The position numbers and the translations under genes are program-made. A stretch of 64,000 nucleotides of DNA from an uncultured Pseudomonadota bacterium (GTDB lineage Bacteria > Pseudomonadota > Alphaproteobacteria > Rs-D84): assembly GCA_902762295.1 (NCBI GenBank), contig CACWNX010000001.1, positions 465,671 through 529,670 of the forward strand. Reading direction: 5' to 3'. Positions within the stretch are counted from its first letter, which is position 1. Each line of letters starts with the position of its first letter. Positions 1 through 10,021 of this stretch are shown in pieces. Under the pieces are notes generated by a model, which worked only from the letters and a program-made list of their open reading frames with translations, ran no database searches and had not been told where the DNA came from.

Positions 1-1910
1 CTGCGACGATTTACCCGAACAAAGTTCAATCCATCAGGAACGGCAAATGGTTGGTTTTTTTCATTCGCCAATGCGACCGTCATAAAGTCTGCAAATGCGC
101 GCGCGGCCATATGACTGCCGGCACCTTTGCCCAATGGTTTCGGTGTGTCATAGCCCAAATACACACCTGCAATCAAATTTTTTGAAAATCCAACAAACCA
201 CACATCTTTGACATCGTTTGTTGTTCCGGTTTTTCCAGCGATTGTATGCCCTGGCACGGCGGCCTGGCGACCGGTTCCGCGATCAACAACACCCTGTAAT
301 ATTGAAACCAACTGGTATAAACTCTGTGGGTCAGACAATGGTTCGGTTTCGTCGTGTTCAACAACCGGTTCTAAATCCGGCGACCATTCAATAATCTCGG
401 TCTTTTCGCCACCGATTACATTGCCATAGCGGTCTTCAATATAGTCAACAAACTTTGGTGTTATTTTTCGGCCACCATTTGCAAATGCCGAATATCCCAA
501 CACTAAATTTGCCAGCGTTGTTTCGCCCGAACCTAATGCCATAGAAAGGTTCAAATTTTGCATCTCTGGTGGATAGACACCAAATCGTTTTGCAACCTCT
601 ACGGCACTTTCAACACCAATTTGTTCAACCATACGCACACTGGGGACATTACGCGATGTTTCCAAAGCAAACCGCAACGGCACATCGCCTAAGAATTTTT
701 TATCATAATTTTCTGGCTTCCATTCCATATTGTTTTCGCGCCATCCAACAATCGGGGTGTCTGAAATAATACCTTCGGGCGAAAATCCTTGTTCCAACGC
801 CGCCAGATACACAAATGGTTTAATCGTACTGCCAATCTGGCGCATTGCCTGGGTTGCGCGATTAAACGAACTTTCGGCGAATGAACGTCCACCCGCCATT
901 GCCAGAACGCGTCCAGTATGCGGATTCATAACAATAATCGCACCCTGTAATTTATCGCTGCGCCCGGCATTATACGCATCCAATGCCTTGTTCAGTGCCG
1001 CCGATGCAGCGCGTTGATATTCGGGGATAATTGTTGTTTTTATGTATAACCCCTGGTTATAAAGTGTTTCGCGTCCAAGTTTATCTAATAATTGCCGACG
1101 CACATCTTCGGCAAAGTATTGAAAATCATCTTCCATCTGGGCGGTAAAACCACTGTTGATATTTAATGGTTCTGCGGCGGCGGCATCGGCGGCTTCGCGT
1201 GTGATATAACCTTCGGCAACCATGCGGCGCAGGACATAATTCCGTCGTTCTTCGGCGCGGGCGCGGTCATTTGGTGCCTTTGGCAACGATGCCAAAAACG
1301 CGCATTCCGAAAGGTTTAATTGTGACACCGGTTTATTAAAGTACATCAACGCCGCCGACCCAACACCATATGCACGCGCGCCCAAGAATATTTGGTTCAA
1401 ATATAGTGTCATAATATGTTTTTTTGAAAATGCGCGTTCCAGGCGTAATGCTAAAATCGCCTCTTTTATTTTACGTGATAATGTCCGGTCGGACGACAGA
1501 AAGAAATTTTTTGCAACCTGTTGCGTAATGGTTGATGCGCCGGTAAATGTAGTATTAAAACCCATCGCCCGCATTGCATTGTTAATGCTTGCGCGCAAAA
1601 TACCCTGGACATCGATACCCGGGTGTGTCCAGAAATTTTGGTCTTCGGCGGCAACGAACGCATTTATCAACTGTTCCGGCATATCATCAAAGTCAATAAA
1701 CACCCGACGTTCTTCGGCATATTCAATCAGCAATGACCCATCGGCGGCATAAAGTCGCGTTGCGACCGGTGGCGCATATGTTGCCAATTTACGATAATCC
1801 GGCAGATTTCCACCATAAACCAGGAACAGCACCGCCACACCGGCGATTACCGCCACCACACACCAGAATATAAAATGCAAGAAAACACGAAAAACTTTTT
1901 TAATTTTCAT
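1..1910 (-). CDS. mrcA: Penicillin-binding protein 1A (bifunctional transglycosylase/transpeptidase); 3' end runs off the window
   Basis: Minus-strand frame stays open to position 1. Start at 1910 gives MKIKKVFRVFLHFIFW (membrane anchor), a transglycosylase-type N-domain (..AAEDQNFW..) and a transpeptidase KTGTTND..WFVGF motif near position 200. Confidence 0.8.
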   Translation of the reverse strand, partial: MKIKKVFRVFLHFIFWCVVAVIAGVAVLFLVYGGNLPDYRKLATYAPPVATRLYAADGSLLIEYAEERRVFIDFDDMPEQLINAFVAAEDQNFWTHPGIDVQGILRASINNAMRAMGFNTTFTGASTITQQVAKNFFLSSDRTLSRKIKEAILALRLERAFSKKHIMTLYLNQIFLGARAYGVGSAALMYFNKPVSQLNLSECAFLASLPKAPNDRARAEERRNYVLRRMVAEGYITREAADAAAAEPLNINSGFTAQMEDDFQYFAEDVRRQLLDKLGRETLYNQGLYIKTTIIPEYQRAASAALNKALDAYNAGRSDKLQGAIIVMNPHTGRVLAMAGGRSFAESSFNRATQAMRQIGSTIKPFVYLAALEQGFSPEGIISDTPIVGWRENNMEWKPENYDKKFLGDVPLRFALETSRNVPSVRMVEQIGVESAVEVAKRFGVYPPEMQNLNLSMALGSGETTLANLVLGYSAFANGGRKITPKFVDYIEDRYGNVIGGEKTEIIEWSPDLEPVVEHDETEPLSDPQSLYQLVSILQGVVDRGTGRQAAVPGHTIAGKTGTTNDVKDVWFVGFSKNLIAGVYLGYDTPKPLGKGAGSHMAARAFADFMTVALANEKNQPFAVPDGLNFVRVNRR

Positions 1911-2004
1911 AGAAATTATTCTAATGTAAAAATTTTTCATTTGCAAGCGCGATATGATATTGCTAGACTATTTCATGAAAGGATTTTTTATGGAGAGGTT
2001 TCAA

Positions 2005-3060
2005 ATGAAAAAATTTATCATTGCAATATGTGGGATTCTTGTTGTGAGTGTCGCATCCGCCAGTGAAGAAAGTACATATGGTGACAGTTGGAAAGTAACA
2101 GGGACAAAGAACACTTATGAGCTGATCTATAACAAAGGTGTTGAAAATCAGCTTGCTCCTCAATTGCTTGATTCAAGAACTATTATTGCTGCCCGTAAAA
2201 TTTATGAAAATGGCGCAGAATTTTGTTTGATAAAAACTGTTGGCAGGTCGGAACAATATTCAAATTATTCTCCCGCATACAACAATTCGTTGAATATGTC
2301 GTATTATATTCAGAAAAATCCCATATGTAAAACTATATGCAAGGTCGGATTTTGGGGTTCCGAATGCCAGAATAAAGTCACACCAAATACAACTTGTGCA
2401 CGCGACGGCGACTACGAAACGTTTTTTCAATCGGATATGGCAGAATTGGCAAAAACAAATATTAGTAAGTTGCAAAAAGTTAATGATATACAAGTTTTTG
2501 ATGAGGGTACCATTACGCTGAAAGGCTACAGTTGGGACCCTGATTATAACTATTCTTATTCCATTATGTTAGGAGTCGTTGATTTTATTGATAATGGCGT
2601 TGTTGTTGCACCATACATGATTACAGGGAATAAATCTGTAAAAACAAATGATACAGCAACGACGACTTTATGCGTGCAAGGTTATGTTTTGGGTGATAAT
2701 AATACATGCAAAAAACCAGACGGATGTAAAACTATTAACATTAAAATAGGAACAGGTTCCGGTTCTAATCCAAGCAATTCGGGGAATACTAATTCAACAA
2801 ATGACGATGATACCGCATCATGTGGTACTGGTAAAGATTATGAAAGATATGGTGCTAATACTGCAGGCATATGTTTAGATTGTTGGGAAAAAGGTAAAAA
2901 TAAAATTTATTCAAAAATCAAAAAACAGTGCGTAAATGCACATGCGTATAGCAAGAAAAAAATGCAATATGGTCAAGGCGATGAAAGTGCGGAAGTTCAA
3001 TTTCAATGTTGGACTCTGACGGATAGTGGAACATATGATGTCTGTGTCCGTGGAATTTAA
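2005..3060 (+). CDS. Secreted Cys-rich hypothetical protein (352 aa)
   Basis: GGAGAGG RBS 7 nt before the ATG at 2005. Signal peptide MKKFIIAICGILVVSVASASEE, many Cys, N/S/T-rich, no TM segments. No family recognised. Confidence 0.55.
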   Translation: MKKFIIAICGILVVSVASASEESTYGDSWKVTGTKNTYELIYNKGVENQLAPQLLDSRTIIAARKIYENGAEFCLIKTVGRSEQYSNYSPAYNNSLNMSYYIQKNPICKTICKVGFWGSECQNKVTPNTTCARDGDYETFFQSDMAELAKTNISKLQKVNDIQVFDEGTITLKGYSWDPDYNYSYSIMLGVVDFIDNGVVVAPYMITGNKSVKTNDTATTTLCVQGYVLGDNNTCKKPDGCKTINIKIGTGSGSNPSNSGNTNSTNDDDTASCGTGKDYERYGANTAGICLDCWEKGKNKIYSKIKKQCVNAHAYSKKKMQYGQGDESAEVQFQCWTLTDSGTYDVCVRGI

Positions 3061-3068
3061 AGGGAATA

Positions 3069-3100
3069 AAAACACGGTTGCGAATTGCGACCGTGTTTTT
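3069..3100. terminator. Bidirectional rho-independent terminator between convergent genes
   Basis: aaaaACACGGT-(10 nt loop)-ACCGTGTttttt; 7-bp stem flanked by an A-run on the left and a T-run on the right. Confidence 0.6.
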
Positions 3101-3121
3101 ACCAATCACTAACCGCCGCCG

Positions 3122-3829
3122 CTAATCACTAATTTTTCCATTTGTTGCGATGATGTCGGCACCGATATCAATCTTGCCGCCGGCCTCGCGCACAATTAAA
3201 TCGCCCGCCGCAATTTCCGCAAAATCCAGAGTTCCAGACATAAATGCGTCAAATTTACCCGCCGCAACCCATGCCAAGTCCATTGCCGGGCATCCGGTTT
3301 CACGGTACGCGCCCGCCCCAAATGGATTGCCGCTGATTCCGTTATATGCAACCGTCAAATCCGCCGCATCTTTCAAATTTGAAACACGAATCCGCGCAGA
3401 ATGAAACGCCGAATATGCAAATGCACCGGCACCACTTTCCGCGTAATACAGATATTCGTCAATTGGAGAATAAATCAGCGCAATTTTTGTTTCGTCCATG
3501 CTGCGCAGTGCCAACGATATTGCAAATCGCGGATTTGCACGCACAAAATTCGCCGCACCCGACAGTGCCAATACAAATTCGTCACGACCATCACCATCGC
3601 GTGTCACGTTTGGGGTTAACAACCCCGCCGATGGACGGACCAATAATAAATCAGATAAAATTTCTTCTTCAATACGGGCGGCGGCACGATGCACAAAATC
3701 ACGCGCCCCACGCAAGGATTGTTGCAGGTTTTCCACTTCACCAAAATCGTGACGCAGACCCGTTGCGGTCCGTTGCAGCGCCATGAACATTTTGTTTAAT
3801 TCCGGTGAACCTTTTATCAACAAATCCAT
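3122..3829 (-). CDS. Inositol monophosphatase (SuhB/CysQ) family protein with a degenerate metal-binding motif
   Basis: IMPase-like blocks IALIYSPIDEY..YAESGAGAF and LAWVAAGKFDAFM..AAGDLIVREAGG. The position of the canonical DPxDGT motif reads ALSGAANF, so the metal-binding Asp residues are absent. Confidence 0.55.
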   Translation of the reverse strand: MDLLIKGSPELNKMFMALQRTATGLRHDFGEVENLQQSLRGARDFVHRAAARIEEEILSDLLLVRPSAGLLTPNVTRDGDGRDEFVLALSGAANFVRANPRFAISLALRSMDETKIALIYSPIDEYLYYAESGAGAFAYSAFHSARIRVSNLKDAADLTVAYNGISGNPFGAGAYRETGCPAMDLAWVAAGKFDAFMSGTLDFAEIAAGDLIVREAGGKIDIGADIIATNGKISD

Positions 3830-3855
3830 TGTGCGCCCCCCGTTTTATAACCGAT

Positions 3856-4071
3856 TTAGAAACCGAAACCGGCAAATTTCTTTTTGAAATCCGCCGTTCT
3901 GCGACCCTTTTCACCGGTGTTTGAACGTTGACCCGTCCATGCCGAATGATTCAAATTATCGGTAGACAGAACCAAGTCTTTCTTAACCGATGAAAACATT
4001 TTAACCGTTTTCCCGTCGGTGCGTGTCACGTTGATTTCATAATAATCCGGATGAATACCTTTTTTCATCAC
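3856..4071 (-). CDS. rpmE: 50S ribosomal protein L31
   Basis: MMKKGIHPDYYEI.. matches the L31 N-terminus (MKxGIHPxY). C-terminus reads ..RTADFKKKFAGFGF. Non-zinc form. Confidence 0.85.
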   Translation of the reverse strand: MMKKGIHPDYYEINVTRTDGKTVKMFSSVKKDLVLSTDNLNHSAWTGQRSNTGEKGRRTADFKKKFAGFGF

Positions 4072-4143
4072 AAAACCCCTTAGTTTTTATTTTGCCCGCC
4101 AATTATACAGTCTTTTTTCGGGAAATCAAGGCAATAATTCAAT

Positions 4144-4662
4144 TTAATACCGACCAATGCACCCCAGGTACGAATTACCGGTGGATTCCAGCACATTTAC
4201 AAAACGATTCTTGTCCCGTCCCATAAACAGCGCAAGTATCGTCCCGGCATCGGTTGCCAACATATCTGCAACCGTTGCGATTTCTGAACTCATCTGTTTG
4301 AAAAAGCCGCTGGCTGGATATATTTCGGCGGCAAACAGTTGGTGTGTATTATGTTTCGCGTTTTCGTGTGTTTTGGTTGAACTTTCAATAACCATCATCT
4401 GACATTCTGGGGAAATAATCAGTTTATCTGTCACCATAGCATCCGCCCCCAGTAATTCGCCCCACCAACCCGTTGAACCATAAAAAACCGGGTAATATAT
4501 AACGGTATCCGGATTTTTTGCGAAAACATCAGAAATATTCAAATCGCCCATTATAACCCCAGGCATAACCCCAATCTTGGCGTTTATAATCTTACGCGCG
4601 GTCTGGTATTCAGAATCAGACTTGGTGTTGCGTGGCCAATAAAGAATCGGAATATTACTCAT
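4144..4662 (-). CDS. Hypothetical protein (172 aa)
   Basis: Intact ORF, no recognisable motif. Sits between rpmE and the membrane-protein array. Confidence 0.4.
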   Translation of the reverse strand: MSNIPILYWPRNTKSDSEYQTARKIINAKIGVMPGVIMGDLNISDVFAKNPDTVIYYPVFYGSTGWWGELLGADAMVTDKLIISPECQMMVIESSTKTHENAKHNTHQLFAAEIYPASGFFKQMSSEIATVADMLATDAGTILALFMGRDKNRFVNVLESTGNSYLGCIGRY

Positions 4663-4730
4663 TGCTAAGAATTATATCAGATTCGGTCCAAATAAAAAAG
4701 GGGTGGGAAAAAAATAAATGTCTTGATTTT

Positions 4731-6023
4731 TTATTTTTTTAGTGTTTTCCACCATTTCCCAAGTGTTGCGCGCGTTGTGTTAAAATCTTTTTTTGCCGCC
4801 GCATAGTATTTATCTGATATCTGAACATTGAACAAAGTCTTTACCAATGCCGGCACCGATGTCATAAACATCGCAAAAAATGCACCCATCAAGATAATAG
4901 AAATCAGCCCGTCATCCCGTAATAACAAGCCGTCCATCAAAATTTCCGAATCATTTGCAGAAATCGCTGTGGCGATTCGCGACACCCCATCAATATTACC
5001 AAAAATCGCATCAAGAAACATTATGCCAAATATCAAAAACACAACTGTCATTGCAATTCCAACGGTTCCAGTAATAACATCATCTATCATAGATTTGATG
5101 CTGCGCCCACCATTTGGAAAAATCTTCCAATCTTTAAAAAGCCACGACAGCAGCATCAGTGGCAACATTATAAAATCCAACGCCAAACCAACAAATATTT
5201 CCAGAAAATACAGCGGTATCGGCAACAACGCCATAAAATACAGTGCTAACACCAACAATCCCGCAAAAAATATCGGCACATTCGGGAATATTGGAATATC
5301 CCACATTATGTGATGCATGTACTTTTCGTTGAATGCCATATTCAGCATCGTCCAACCAACCGTCATCCCTAGTCCCGTCAGTTGATGAACATTTGCCAAT
5401 TCACATGCCAATCCACTGCGCAATTTTACAGGAAATGCACCAGATTGGATATTGTTATTCGCAATACTTGCCGATTCAGATGCGCCATCCATCAGCGTTG
5501 TTGCCACCATACATTCGGTAAACTTATCCGAATCACCGATAATATGATTTACCGAAAGCCCAATACCAAAAATTGGCTCGATAATCGCGCCACTGATAAG
5601 ACGTGGCAACGGAAACACCAGAACGGCGCCTACAATCGCCAATCGTATCATATGTGTGCCGAACTTTGATGCGACCGACCAACCGCTTTCAATTTTCTTG
5701 TTCAAAAATCCCGATGTCAATGTCCACAGAAAATATATCGCGGTTAATAATGCGGCAAATGGAATTACAACATTGCCAATTTCTGAATATACGCGTGGTA
5801 ATATTTTTGACATTGTTGCCATAACCGCCGAAAACATACTGCACGACCAACACGAAGAAAAAAATTGCAACGCATCATTCATATCAACGGGTGCAACACT
5901 GCGCCAAATTGAAACACCGGCAATTGCCGCAACCCCGCCGATAAGCAACCATGGAACAACCGCGCCCGCCGATATCGGCAGAAACGAAAAAAATACAATT
6001 AAAAATTTTTTTAACTTGCTCAT
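4731..6023 (-). CDS. Polytopic membrane protein, TrbL/VirB6-like, paralog 1 (divergent from paralogs 2-5)
   Basis: 430 aa. N-terminal TM, then a CWSC..F..V..LL.AIYFLWTL segment resembling the VirB6 TM1 region (..CFAIYMALWGYKW). A periplasmic loop of about 120 aa carries a Cys pair, followed by at least 5 TM helices and a Lys-rich C-tail. Confidence 0.55.
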   Translation of the reverse strand: MSKLKKFLIVFFSFLPISAGAVVPWLLIGGVAAIAGVSIWRSVAPVDMNDALQFFSSCWSCSMFSAVMATMSKILPRVYSEIGNVVIPFAALLTAIYFLWTLTSGFLNKKIESGWSVASKFGTHMIRLAIVGAVLVFPLPRLISGAIIEPIFGIGLSVNHIIGDSDKFTECMVATTLMDGASESASIANNNIQSGAFPVKLRSGLACELANVHQLTGLGMTVGWTMLNMAFNEKYMHHIMWDIPIFPNVPIFFAGLLVLALYFMALLPIPLYFLEIFVGLALDFIMLPLMLLSWLFKDWKIFPNGGRSIKSMIDDVITGTVGIAMTVVFLIFGIMFLDAIFGNIDGVSRIATAISANDSEILMDGLLLRDDGLISIILMGAFFAMFMTSVPALVKTLFNVQISDKYYAAAKKDFNTTRATLGKWWKTLKK

Positions 6024-6080
6024 TTCTTGTAATTATATCACAATTTTGTTATTAGAATAATTAAATAAAAATGTAGGATA

Positions 6081-7373
6081 ATGTTTTTTGCAAAATTTAA
6101 TTTTACAAAAATGATTCGGCGTATAATTTTGTCGCTGGTTCTGTGCGGTGTATTTATTGTCCCAGATGTCGCATACGCAAAGTGGGAAATTGTTGATAAA
6201 TTAGATTTATCGCCGTTCGTTCCACGAATATTAGATGCAATGATTATGGTCGCACGCGGAACATATGAATACTTTGTTGGAAATGGTGATGGGATTATAT
6301 ATATTTTGATTTTCGGATTTTTGGCAATATCAATTTTTATGTATGCGGCACTGATGTGGTTTCCAAAAAGATGGACCGAATTTTTTGGTTTTTCCGGTGG
6401 TGGCGAAATGTGGGACGGAAAACTGTCGGGTTTCGGTATGGCGGAAACAGTGCTTAAAAGTGCAATGCGCGCAATTATTGCAGCAACATTTTTATTACAA
6501 GTAAAACCAACATTTATAACCGAGTGGTTGGTAAATCCGTTTTTGGAATTTGGTGCAATATATACCCATGCAATTACAAATATTGTAAACGAATCCGGTG
6601 TTGAAACCAAGAATATTACATGTCCGCCGGGTGTTTTGTCGGGTGATTGGCTAAGTGTGCGAAGTTGCGAATTCTTAACCAGTTCGGTATCTGATTTATC
6701 GGCGGCAAACAATCGTGTTATAAAACGCGGTTTTGAATTTCTGACACGTGGTCTGAATGGTCTAATAACAATCGTCCCGCACGGCGGACAAAACATAATG
6801 AATATTATTACAGGTATAATTTTGATATTTACATTTGTCGGATGTAATTTGTTTATGGCACTGTTGGTTATCCAGGGAATTTTTGATTTTGGTGTTGCCT
6901 TGATACTTTATCCATTCCAGGTTTTATCATGGGTTGCAAAGCGCAGTGACAAATGGTTTGATATATGGCCACCATTCAGTGGTATTATTTCTGCGTTGCA
7001 AAAACTGGTTGTGACGATGATTGCGTGTTCATTTATTTTAATTGTAAATGTCGCGGTTGTGCGTGCGTTATTTAATTTTGGTGGTTCGTCATTTAGTGTT
7101 GCCGCCGGTGGCAGTGCGACCAGTAATTTGAGTTCAGAATATTTAACAACAAATGCCGTCAGTTTTGGCGGACATTCGTTGCTTTGGCTGTCGGCATTAC
7201 TTACATTCTTTTTGATGAATGCAATATTTAATAAGACCCGTGAACAACTAGAAAAATATGCACCGGGTATGACAGGATTATATAATCAAACAAAATCCGA
7301 TTTTGACGCGACACGCAAAAAAGCCCGCGGAACATATGATTCAATTAAAAAGATACTGGGGATAATAAAGTAA
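6081..7373 (+). CDS. Polytopic membrane protein, TrbL/VirB6-like, paralog 2
   Basis: 430 aa, same architecture; the loop Cys pair is CPPGVLSGDWLSVRSC. The true start may be the second Met at 6111 (MIRRIILSLVLCGVFIVPDVAYA signal). The stop abuts the next ATG. Confidence 0.55.
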   Translation: MFFAKFNFTKMIRRIILSLVLCGVFIVPDVAYAKWEIVDKLDLSPFVPRILDAMIMVARGTYEYFVGNGDGIIYILIFGFLAISIFMYAALMWFPKRWTEFFGFSGGGEMWDGKLSGFGMAETVLKSAMRAIIAATFLLQVKPTFITEWLVNPFLEFGAIYTHAITNIVNESGVETKNITCPPGVLSGDWLSVRSCEFLTSSVSDLSAANNRVIKRGFEFLTRGLNGLITIVPHGGQNIMNIITGIILIFTFVGCNLFMALLVIQGIFDFGVALILYPFQVLSWVAKRSDKWFDIWPPFSGIISALQKLVVTMIACSFILIVNVAVVRALFNFGGSSFSVAAGGSATSNLSSEYLTTNAVSFGGHSLLWLSALLTFFLMNAIFNKTREQLEKYAPGMTGLYNQTKSDFDATRKKARGTYDSIKKILGIIK

Positions 7374-8582
7374 ATGAACGAAATGTTAAATGGTTTTGTT
7401 GAAAATGTCACCCAGTGTTGGGGATGTGCGATATTTGACAATTTGTTCAATGTTGTATCGTCTGCTGGTGCGGTTGTGTATACCAAGATTGCAGATATCT
7501 GCTTTGTAATATTTGCTGCATTATTTGTATTCTATGTAGTATGGGCGGTCTTTAAACATTTGAATCCTAAAAAACCAGACACATCCGATAAATTTTATAC
7601 AAAAAGTGTTATTCGCGTTGTTATAAATTCACTTGTTGTTTTAACTTTGTTGGGAATTGGTGTTGGCTTTCCGCGTTTTATAACACGTGTGACATTTGAA
7701 CCGGTTGCGGATATCACACTGGTGTATACCCAGTCTGTTTTACACACAACATCCGAATTTGTAAACCAGCATGTGCGTAATGCAACACCGGTAAAAACAA
7801 AAGAAGACGGTTTTTATCGTCCTGAATTGCGTGATACAATTATTATGTTGATGAAGACAACAATTACTCAGTTTCAATCATATATGAAACTGGGGATTGC
7901 AATCATAGATAAATCATTCACATGGAATGAAATGCCGACACTGGGCGCAATATTCCGGCATATCATAATGTTTGCGATTGGTCTTTATATACTCTATTAC
8001 TTTTTTAAATTATTCATACGATTCTGTTTTTATTTTGTTGATGTTATTGTTCATATGGCGCTGTTTGCGTTTCTGTTTCCGATTGCGCTGATGATGATGG
8101 CATTTCGTGGTGGAGATATGCCAGAATGGATGTCGTCGCTTGGGCGGGGGTTGGGTACCGACCAGATAAAAAAATTATTGGCATCTATTGTGTCATTAGG
8201 TGCCGCAGTAATTACATATCTGGTAATAATTGTTATTGTTGCACGATTCTTTTCGGACAGTGGTGTATCGGATTCAGAACTGATGAATGCGATTACATCA
8301 GGGGCGGTTTTTGAATCGGATTTATCGGGAAATAATATGGAAACACTGACACTGGTTGGTATGATAGTTTTACTTTATGTATTAAACTATATTACCGGAC
8401 AGATTCCACAGGTCAAAAAAATGATACTTGGTGCATTTGGGGCGTCGGAAGAAAATAAATTAAGCGAACAAATGGCGAATGATGCCGAAAAACTGGTTAA
8501 GTTGGTTACAGACAGTGTAAAATCAGTCGGTGAAAAAATAATAAATCCAGATAAAAAATCTGACACGGAAAATAAAAAATAA
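7374..8582 (+). CDS. Polytopic membrane protein, TrbL/VirB6-like, paralog 3
   Basis: 402 aa. N-terminal CWGC..F..LF motif, at least 6 TM helices, charged C-tail. The start abuts the paralog-2 stop (TAAATG). Confidence 0.55.
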   Translation: MNEMLNGFVENVTQCWGCAIFDNLFNVVSSAGAVVYTKIADICFVIFAALFVFYVVWAVFKHLNPKKPDTSDKFYTKSVIRVVINSLVVLTLLGIGVGFPRFITRVTFEPVADITLVYTQSVLHTTSEFVNQHVRNATPVKTKEDGFYRPELRDTIIMLMKTTITQFQSYMKLGIAIIDKSFTWNEMPTLGAIFRHIIMFAIGLYILYYFFKLFIRFCFYFVDVIVHMALFAFLFPIALMMMAFRGGDMPEWMSSLGRGLGTDQIKKLLASIVSLGAAVITYLVIIVIVARFFSDSGVSDSELMNAITSGAVFESDLSGNNMETLTLVGMIVLLYVLNYITGQIPQVKKMILGAFGASEENKLSEQMANDAEKLVKLVTDSVKSVGEKIINPDKKSDTENKK

Positions 8583-10021
8583 TGAAGAAATTGTTATTGG
8601 GTTATCTTATTCGTTTTGTGTTTGGGGCGATTGCGCTGGGGGTTGGTATTTGGTACTTAAGTTCATCAATCGGTGGTGCGTCATTATCATATACAAACAT
8701 AGACAATTTTATGTCGACGATTGGTGCAGGCGATGGAAATGTTGCATCGGTAAATGGATGCTTTATGTGCGGATATGTAAATGATTTGTTCGCCGTGTTG
8801 GGGTCGGCGGCAGAATTGTTCTGGAATGCAATATTGGACAATCTTTGGATTTTGATGGTCGTTGGTTTTGGAATATTCTTGATGATTCACAGTATCAAAT
8901 ATATTTACAAGGCGATGATAGAAACAACCACACTGGATACCAAAGAAAAAAAGTTAACATTCGGACCGTGGTTTGATACCGTTTGGCGTGTTGGCGTGCG
9001 CGTGATGATTGTTGGTGCGTTGATTGGGGCTTTTGGTATGGGCGGCGTGTCATCGTTAAAGACTTTATCAAACATAACAATAACACCTGTTATGTATGTG
9101 GGAAGTGAACTTGCCATGGCGGCGACAGGCGTATCAAATTCTGCGCAATGCGTACCGTCAGAATTTGACCAAAATAATCCAATGGCATCGGTGTCAAATT
9201 CGTTTATGTGCGTGATTGGTAATATAAATACGGTCATGCTGGCCGGGGGCGCAGGTGGGTTCGCTTTGATGAACTATGCATGGATGGGACTTGGTGGTGG
9301 TATTATGACATGGATTGCCGGACTTTTGATTGTAATAATGTTCGTTGTTATGGGGTTTGATTTATTCTTTCAGATTCTGTCCGTCATATTCAAATTGGTG
9401 TTTCTGGTTATATTCTTGCCGTTGATTGTTGCGGCAACTGCATTTGAAAAAACCTGGAAAATGGCATCTGGGGTATTAAAAAAATCAATTGATATGTTGG
9501 TCGAATCGGCGGTAAAGGTTATCGCAATTTCATTAAAGGTCGTAATTATATATGCAATAATATCGTTCGCCGGCAACGAAATTTTCCCAGGCAGTGGTAT
9601 GTTTCCACCATTATTAGATTCAAATTTGGTGACCACAAATGTGCAAACAAATGCGGTACATGATGCGTTTGCAATATGTGAAAATCATGCGATGGTTAAT
9701 GGCGCGTTGGATAAAGATTTATTCCGTAATTGTTTTACGGTTGAACGTGCGCGCATTGAATCTGTGTATCCGCATGCATTTGATTTTTTGCATGATGGCT
9801 TTGGATTTTTACTATTAATGATTGGCATATTCTGTCTATACTTCTATATATTGGGACCGCGCATAGACAAATTATTGGCATCGGTACCATCGTTTGAACC
9901 ATTTGCTAAATCAAATGATGCGGGCGGTGTTGATAATTTTGGTGGTGACCTGAAAAAATTAGTAAAAATGACATGGAAAAAACCGCAAGAATTTGCCGAT
10001 AAGATTATAAAAGAAAAATGA
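8582..10021 (+). CDS. Polytopic membrane protein, TrbL/VirB6-like, paralog 4
   Basis: 479 aa. GCFMCGY..LF motif; loop Cys pair CVPSEF..SFMC; multiple TM helices. The start overlaps the paralog-3 stop (TAATG). Confidence 0.55.
   Translation: MKKLLLGYLIRFVFGAIALGVGIWYLSSSIGGASLSYTNIDNFMSTIGAGDGNVASVNGCFMCGYVNDLFAVLGSAAELFWNAILDNLWILMVVGFGIFLMIHSIKYIYKAMIETTTLDTKEKKLTFGPWFDTVWRVGVRVMIVGALIGAFGMGGVSSLKTLSNITITPVMYVGSELAMAATGVSNSAQCVPSEFDQNNPMASVSNSFMCVIGNINTVMLAGGAGGFALMNYAWMGLGGGIMTWIAGLLIVIMFVVMGFDLFFQILSVIFKLVFLVIFLPLIVAATAFEKTWKMASGVLKKSIDMLVESAVKVIAISLKVVIIYAIISFAGNEIFPGSGMFPPLLDSNLVTTNVQTNAVHDAFAICENHAMVNGALDKDLFRNCFTVERARIESVYPHAFDFLHDGFGFLLLMIGIFCLYFYILGPRIDKLLASVPSFEPFAKSNDAGGVDNFGGDLKKLVKMTWKKPQEFADKIIKEK

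Noticed and set aside
6038-6796. 252-aa minus-strand ORF and 4828..5313 plus-strand ORF
   Set aside because: Antisense shadows of the membrane-protein paralogs (Ile/Asn-rich translations of TM-coding DNA).
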